64,000 nt of DNA from a virus (Duplodnaviria; Caudoviricetes): positions 32,001 to 96,000 of the IMG/VR virus record IMGVR_UViG_3300031993_000012, one strand, 5' to 3'. The notes below the pieces were generated by a model. It made no database searches. It was not told where the DNA came from and was given only the letters and a program-made list of their open reading frames with translations. Each line of letters starts with the position of its first letter. Within the stretch, counting starts at the first letter, position 1. A program made the position numbers and the translations under genes. Shown here one piece after another: positions 60,301-64,000 of the stretch.

Positions 60301-62900
60301 CCTTTACCAGCAGAAAACAACTTACTGAGAAGACCACCTTTTTCACTCTTTTTAGCAGAACGATCAATCATTCCACCAACTGCTGCACGAAGTCGTGCTT
60401 TCAACTTCTGATTCTTGATTCTGGAGATTTCCATCATGATAGCTTGTTTATCAGGACCACTATCACCATCTTCAGCAGAAGTTTCCATCATTGACATTAC
60501 GAGATCCATCTGATACTTATCTTCTTGAGATATATCATCACGGTTACCGTAATCTTGTGCACGTTTCAGTGATTTCTCTAAATATTTATCATATTTATCA
60601 GATGCACCACCGAAATGTTCAGATATGAATGATGATGCTTTATCCTTCGCGGAATCATATAATTCATCGCCTTTACGTGACATGAATTCATCGAATTTTC
60701 CACGTATGGAGTCACCAATACCACCACCATACAAACCGACTAACGAAGAACCCGCAACACCGTTGATAGAGCGTTTATGAACTTTTCCATCAAGTGGATT
60801 CATTACATATACATTGCCACCACCATCGGACCCAATGACATTTACAAAATGATTGTTTCCATATGCAGTACCAAATTCAGGTCCAGATCCAAGTAATGTA
60901 ATGGGATTATCACCAGATGCCATTCTTAATGACATATTATTTACAGCACCAGGCGTAAGTGGATGACCCATCATTGCGGAAGCATTCATGAAATTACCAA
61001 CATTCATTCCATGTTTAGGATCATACATTCCACGACGATTCAGCATATCAGCTAATGCAACCGGACCACATCCATTTCTGGCAATGTTTAAATAATTACC
61101 ATATGCAGATTGATTATATGAATTACCCGAACCATGTTCTCTGAGTATTTTCTCAAACTCTTTAATTTGTTCTTTGAGATTTCTAATATCCTCAGAATGA
61201 CGAAGTTTCTCAGGACCTTTCATTTTATCATATTGACGCATCTGCTCTTTAGCATCTTCAAGTTTATCAATTGTATCAGATACTTGGCTGGTACGTTTAT
61301 TTTGTTTAACTGCAGCTTCACGTACACTGGACATATCAACTTTACCAGCGAGACTAGAGAAGCTTGAACCAGATGATGCGAACTCTGTACGTTTTACATG
61401 TAAATCCTGATATGTTTTATTTACACCATTACAGAAATTACGTGCATCTTCACCTTGTGCAATTGCAAGAAATACTGAACGAACTGCACTCATCCAGTCG
61501 ATTCCTTTTTTCTTGAGACTAGCAGCCATGATAGTTGCAGTTTCAACAATTGCAGCTTCCGTGAGTTTTGAATCACTCAGTAATCTATTTGGATCTAAAC
61601 GATTGATGTTTGATTCATATATCAATTGTGCAAACACACCATTCAATGTATTCGTAATCATTGATATATCAGCACGAGATAAATCCTTATTGGTACGCTC
61701 TTCAAATAATTGATTACGTCCTTTCCATGAAACACCTGAACTTTGGAATGAACTTTTTGCAAGATCTCCCCAACGTTCTTGTCGGTATTGTTCACGATTC
61801 TTTTCTTCATCTTTTTCCCATTTCTCACGAGCTTTTGTACCAAGTGTTGATGTTCCCTGGGTGAGTTCACCATTCTTACCGACATTATAATTCATGCCAG
61901 TAACACCTTTAGCAATGATACGTAAGTATTCAGGAATTGTTTTGATGATGGTAGTACGGACATAACCATCGAATGTTGCTTGTTTATTATCAAAACCTTT
62001 GACAACATCTTCCTTGTAGTTATGAGTTGATTCACCACGTTTGATGTCACCAAATAATGTTTTGAATGGTTTCGATGATATAAGATCTTCCAGACCACGC
62101 TGAACTGCTTCTCCAAGTGTGTTGTTGATAGTCTCCATAGTTTTATCAATACTACGACCACCGAGTATCTTTAATTCTTTACCACCGAGACCCGACATTT
62201 GATATGCCATCTGTAATATGTCAGAAGGACCAGCACCCTTAAGCATTGACAACATGCTACCATATCCCATAGCATCTCCAATATATCCACCACCGCTGTT
62301 CTTAGCAGTGTTGTAAATACTATTAAGAGACAAACGTCCTTGGCTATCGTACAACGACATTTTAGCTTGTTCGGTCTTCTCCGCCTGATATACATTACAG
62401 AAAGCATCGAGTTTTTTCGATATTCCTAGTAAAGTAGTATTGATATTATTTACAGATGTAAGGATTTCTGAAGAACGTTGATTGATTGTAGAAACAACTT
62501 CCGCTGTAGAAGCCATTGTTGTTTCTGCTTGACGTGCTCCAAGTTGAACCATGATACTGGATTGACGTTTCGTTATATCCTTCATGGCATCTTTGTCTAG
62601 TACAGTAGAATCTTTATCTTCTTCAGCACCAGTATCAAACCCGGGGTCATAATCATCATCTTCACCGGTATCACCAAATTCACTTTCTTTCTGGTAGAAC
62701 CAATCGTGAATACCACGGAAGTTGAAGTTACGCTTCATATTCTTCAGAGTATCAGTGCTGTTTTTAGCAGCTCTCATAACATCAGTACGCACCGCGTTAG
62801 CATCATTTACTAACTCGACGGCGTTACCCATATACTCTTTACCCTGTTCAATGGTAGCGTCCTTCAGTATCTTCAGACTCTGAGCGAGTAAACTTCCCAT
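54345..62900 (-). CDS. giant tape-measure-like / tail lytic protein (two C39-like peptidases, NlpC/P60-like, tail-lysozyme-like domains)
   Basis: GCGPVALA..H..NP twice; QDCSG..PGDIL...HVGMF; AIGIHENG..FGLMNW..EQL.YI; amphipathic tape-measure-like helices. Confidence 0.8.
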   Translation of the reverse strand: MGSLLAQSLKILKDATIEQGKEYMGNAVELVNDANAVRTDVMRAAKNSTDTLKNMKRNFNFRGIHDWFYQKESEFGDTGEDDDYDPGFDTGAEEDKDSTVLDKDAMKDITKRQSSIMVQLGARQAETTMASTAEVVSTINQRSSEILTSVNNINTTLLGISKKLDAFCNVYQAEKTEQAKMSLYDSQGRLSLNSIYNTAKNSGGGYIGDAMGYGSMLSMLKGAGPSDILQMAYQMSGLGGKELKILGGRSIDKTMETINNTLGEAVQRGLEDLISSKPFKTLFGDIKRGESTHNYKEDVVKGFDNKQATFDGYVRTTIIKTIPEYLRIIAKGVTGMNYNVGKNGELTQGTSTLGTKAREKWEKDEEKNREQYRQERWGDLAKSSFQSSGVSWKGRNQLFEERTNKDLSRADISMITNTLNGVFAQLIYESNINRLDPNRLLSDSKLTEAAIVETATIMAASLKKKGIDWMSAVRSVFLAIAQGEDARNFCNGVNKTYQDLHVKRTEFASSGSSFSSLAGKVDMSSVREAAVKQNKRTSQVSDTIDKLEDAKEQMRQYDKMKGPEKLRHSEDIRNLKEQIKEFEKILREHGSGNSYNQSAYGNYLNIARNGCGPVALADMLNRRGMYDPKHGMNVGNFMNASAMMGHPLTPGAVNNMSLRMASGDNPITLLGSGPEFGTAYGNNHFVNVIGSDGGGNVYVMNPLDGKVHKRSINGVAGSSLVGLYGGGIGDSIRGKFDEFMSRKGDELYDSAKDKASSFISEHFGGASDKYDKYLEKSLKRAQDYGNRDDISQEDKYQMDLVMSMMETSAEDGDSGPDKQAIMMEISRIKNQKLKARLRAAVGGMIDRSAKKSEKGGLLSKLFSAGKGILKNFFAPLIAGITTALKTAFGAAKKFMSPVINFFKKQLQKNIGKITTGAKQVWQGTKELFKKKEKPEGESEEKKPGRLRSFLNSRKKKDEPPTMDSITAPKVNTPTQQKPTNPTQSLMPTIGAQQNPPTMDSISTQTPSTTTPPTSQPKPAPTPSMPTVGADQQKPAGGEKKGSVFSRIGDKIGSKLGGKLGGISKILGGMGGIMSGIAGILFNIFMGVEGFKILFKTVTSVVKGIAKSFSGLFKTLNKTLKPVLKILTKSIGEIVKSVTGIIAPILTALEPILTLLGEAVNTILKPLGPWLEFLGKAVGKIVNVVLKPVEWIAKGVKWLTTKFAKAFGVLMHPFDKKKRAQYYKECGLTDTGEDKEAADKKKKKDTEYKAKSSDEKHEIAEKYSKRLHPVNKEKRQEVYEKMMSGEITEEDAKKMLRKKMLATGAVLAGGVGGIAAYGLAQGAKQVASKVKGGIHDKLTSGNKDEVANRLAKLMYPLNKTKREEIYDQIMSGKLSIEEAEKMVKRKAIDRATTVVAAAGGGVLGVLAKEGVSKTGQALIKYFKERDDKTDEDNKDAQKQHEEEREEDKKLQLKLFKFGPLRLLSGLGDIKDTANFIKGLGISIFGIAESGVGGIIGGLGRIITTVGELASLLPWVNEENKISMLGQSLLEKSDQMTTDGVAQLQKGFRLMHNISTDFGDSNATTIMKTDNASVDTNTTVKSDTNSGFDSSSNGYQTSYSGGDIPYSNADISVIGSGDSQSSYGNYLNMSRRGCGPVALADAYNRRTGSNISASALASKMTSHGTYDPSRGTSVGGYLSASNALGMGTKVGGVTMSSLKKASPNNPITLVGSGVEFGTRNGNNHYLNAIGTDHYGGVYVSNPMTGRIQRRSANSVAGSSLMGIYGSGDVDSLAAFSDETKEAMANLMSLSGIFGKLFNTDSSAEVDEMVENQEKEDRESKIAKEARDNYSDEDYQNKVIKAMDLYRAENPMKDGETPEEYEKRISDAWSSSSVLRNKYISMVVNDTITDDLKQQYESFVESSKDYYEPYVVYQKDAQGNIVHDENGNPIVTGGFKHLLEGEDSEYVKAKKASIAVKKLGEALTATTAANSGGSGAVGGSGGGGGDINSLYAAAAAVFEAAVKNNGGVYSTSRDVGPVTLRDGTELKHFRQDCSGLMSAAVKAMGYNFSSGDGTGIRTYDLYQKNKQDLVVDSEGNPSDDWEILQFKTGSARPGDILCAQEHVGMFIDGSDAGSWSAKGYDGGTGVGQGQEGIVKSGKAGAAYLDGNSDWISLLPQTLTAADGVTRILRFKGAVDSEATGGSAAAAGAAGVSMAASMGKNAQGKIKLSKAMENASPQWKYYPDKLTKADYWGAAKKAGFTAPQTAMVAAIGIHENGAKKLTGEESLTRVVWDNIGKQYAFGLMNWIPDAKNSHSGANETKYGSTLAEQLKYIGETYFSPTSTYDRAKNVNFNRYYGNSMKEALGYAPKLGQGDRWGPYADTDIAEAMGHYVGNALVPYDFAKTTGQARHMRTAVEAYNWMLDNGQAEGYGTGASGGGGGSVAAFDISSILGDYANDLPEYYKNMLGTVQGQLDTTAAAISAANSSSSSFGDYDYDDEGEKGDGEGLEGDTRIYATNTERNDLYHTMKKKHTGGTLWSNDQLTTKGYGDVYLYLEPSTSAKITCKLQNNKRYTKVTTTGSWYFVYVGYSSQWGTLCGWGQMSDFALTSDVKNKSYRGNTVNSINSESDARISKWKGSSENLTFYKSTAETDATGQRWQSYYRNHWFTARGPYTGKYTTKQFVGTTSGKFGTPKTITKDVDAPYVTFSTSYDKTYSNVNRDILLSKTQQKTLKQLNQDSTACGDFDYNSTDSGFFIPTGVYGAGDDTINSIPPLSNNALDTLMSYGYDNEGSYTVNNYTIQGGINNDTADLSRVDLLNYLIKTEFNTRSPRTEKLLNKILDKLENIGTNRGTSTSANSSDMYDDAIPDVITAMVSS

Positions 62901-62938
62901 AATTTTACCTCCTCTTTAAATAGATTTCCTTCTCAGGA

Positions 62939-62956
62939 ATTACCTGTGGGTTTGAC
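62939..62956 (-). promoter_or_regulatory. putative phage late promoter
   Basis: GTCAAACC-CACAGG-TAAT upstream of the giant gene. Confidence 0.55.
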
Positions 62957-62997
62957 CCAAATAAAATAATGGGCGGGGATTAACCCCGCCACATATA

Positions 62998-63756
62998 TCA
63001 AAAAAAGGTTATATCGGTGATTAAATCGAGGTGAAATGTCTGGCGCCATTGTTCAACAAGTTCATTACGTGCAGCTTCAGCACCACTCCATTCATCGATT
63101 TTCAATTGGATTTCTTTGTATGCTGAACCGACATTCACCATGTTCTTTAATTGTGAATATAATGAACGTTCCACGTCAAGTGTTGCTAAACGCATAAAGG
63201 ATTCTACTTGTGACTCCGGTATCGTTTCACCAGTTAAATCATGTTGGCATTCCGCAATGAAATGTAAGAACGCATCTTTTGGCATATCAAATAATTGTAT
63301 TGTATTATATCCTTGCCATTGAGATGTTTGTGGTTGTGATGTTATTCCAGAATATTTATTTATTGCCGCACCGGTAGATACAGCATTCAATATATCCTGT
63401 GGATAATAAGAACCGAATCCAACAAATGGTGAACCAATCGTGAATGTATTTGATGTAATTTCACCACTCTGGTATTTATCAGATGCATAATACGCAGCAG
63501 CAGTAAATACTTCAGTTGTTGTAATTGCTGCCGGTAACATATAGATTCCAACATTACCAGATCCAGGATATTTTTCCACCAGATTCTTTCGGGATTCATA
63601 GCATTCACGAATCCATGGTTTGAAACGAGAGAAAGTTCTGATACTCATTTTGATAATATCAGCAATAACAACTTCAGTTGGTTGTTTAAATGGTAATGAT
63701 ATTGCATTCAATCCATGTGACATTTTAATATCATTAACACAATCTGATATGTTCAT
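62998..63756 (-). CDS. putative virion (neck/head-tail) protein
   Basis: 252 aa, structural context; followed by GGCGGGG/CCCCGCC hairpin. Confidence 0.55.
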   Translation of the reverse strand: MNISDCVNDIKMSHGLNAISLPFKQPTEVVIADIIKMSIRTFSRFKPWIRECYESRKNLVEKYPGSGNVGIYMLPAAITTTEVFTAAAYYASDKYQSGEITSNTFTIGSPFVGFGSYYPQDILNAVSTGAAINKYSGITSQPQTSQWQGYNTIQLFDMPKDAFLHFIAECQHDLTGETIPESQVESFMRLATLDVERSLYSQLKNMVNVGSAYKEIQLKIDEWSGAEAARNELVEQWRQTFHLDLITDITFF

Positions 63757-63768
63757 ACATCATACACC

Positions 63769-63987
63769 TCATTTCTTTTTCATACGATGAATTACTGGTG
63801 TATCTTTATTTTCATATGCAGAATAAAGTTCAGGTGAAATGGTTTTGCTGAAACGGGAATTACGTGTTACGAGATACAGATATATTTGCGAATCGTCTCT
63901 ATATACTTTCATCAGTTTGCGATACTGATTATCCGTCATTTTCAATATTGTATCTTCTTCCAACGACGATGTATCCTTTTCCAACAA
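63769..63987 (-). CDS. hypothetical protein (may start beyond the window edge)
   Basis: ORF track; abuts RBS of next gene. Confidence 0.55.
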   Translation of the reverse strand: MLEKDTSSLEEDTILKMTDNQYRKLMKVYRDDSQIYLYLVTRNSRFSKTISPELYSAYENKDTPVIHRMKKK

Positions 63988-64000
63988 TGATTGAAGTCTC

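Noticed and set aside
29512-63608. Numerous 60-185 aa antisense or alternate-frame ORFs inside large genes
   Set aside because: Shadow ORFs of strongly biased coding sequence; no RBS or recognisable motifs
1-64000. Stop-codon reassignment
   Set aside because: Long genes are intact under code 11 and end in TAA/TGA; the suppressor reading of the split tRNA is only one speculative splice outcome

Overview
AT-rich segment of a jumbo myophage genome, inferred to be AR9/PBS1-like from the split RNA polymerase beta-prime fragment, GyrB-like subunit, RusA, baseplate/tail genes and AAC-N6-TA late promoters. Strong AGGAGG RBSs and an Amidase_2 endolysin suggest a Bacillota host. Standard code 11 gives intact long ORFs. 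1-15 kb: small hypothetical genes plus an RNA island (3.1-5.8 kb) with two normal tRNAs (Leu-CAA, Gln-UUG), several tRNA-like genes carrying a shared hairpin-ACAGCA module, and one tRNA split by a PD-(D/E)XK endonuclease ORF with no visible ribozyme. 15.4-19.1 kb holds the most striking locus: a solitary Cas7/RAMP-like gene followed by two long non-coding, strand-biased arrays with nested grammar G(GYNNN)n (n mostly 5-6; about 34 and 45 units by hand count). The arrays share a leader and flank a catalytically degenerate NUMOD4-HNH gene. This is a candidate RNA-guided system using non-contiguous guides. 19-64 kb: endolysin, replication/transcription genes, a duplicated promoter-leader gene cassette and a large virion morphogenesis block, including a 2851-aa tail protein with two C39-like peptidase domains. 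All family calls are from motif recognition by eye; no searches were run.
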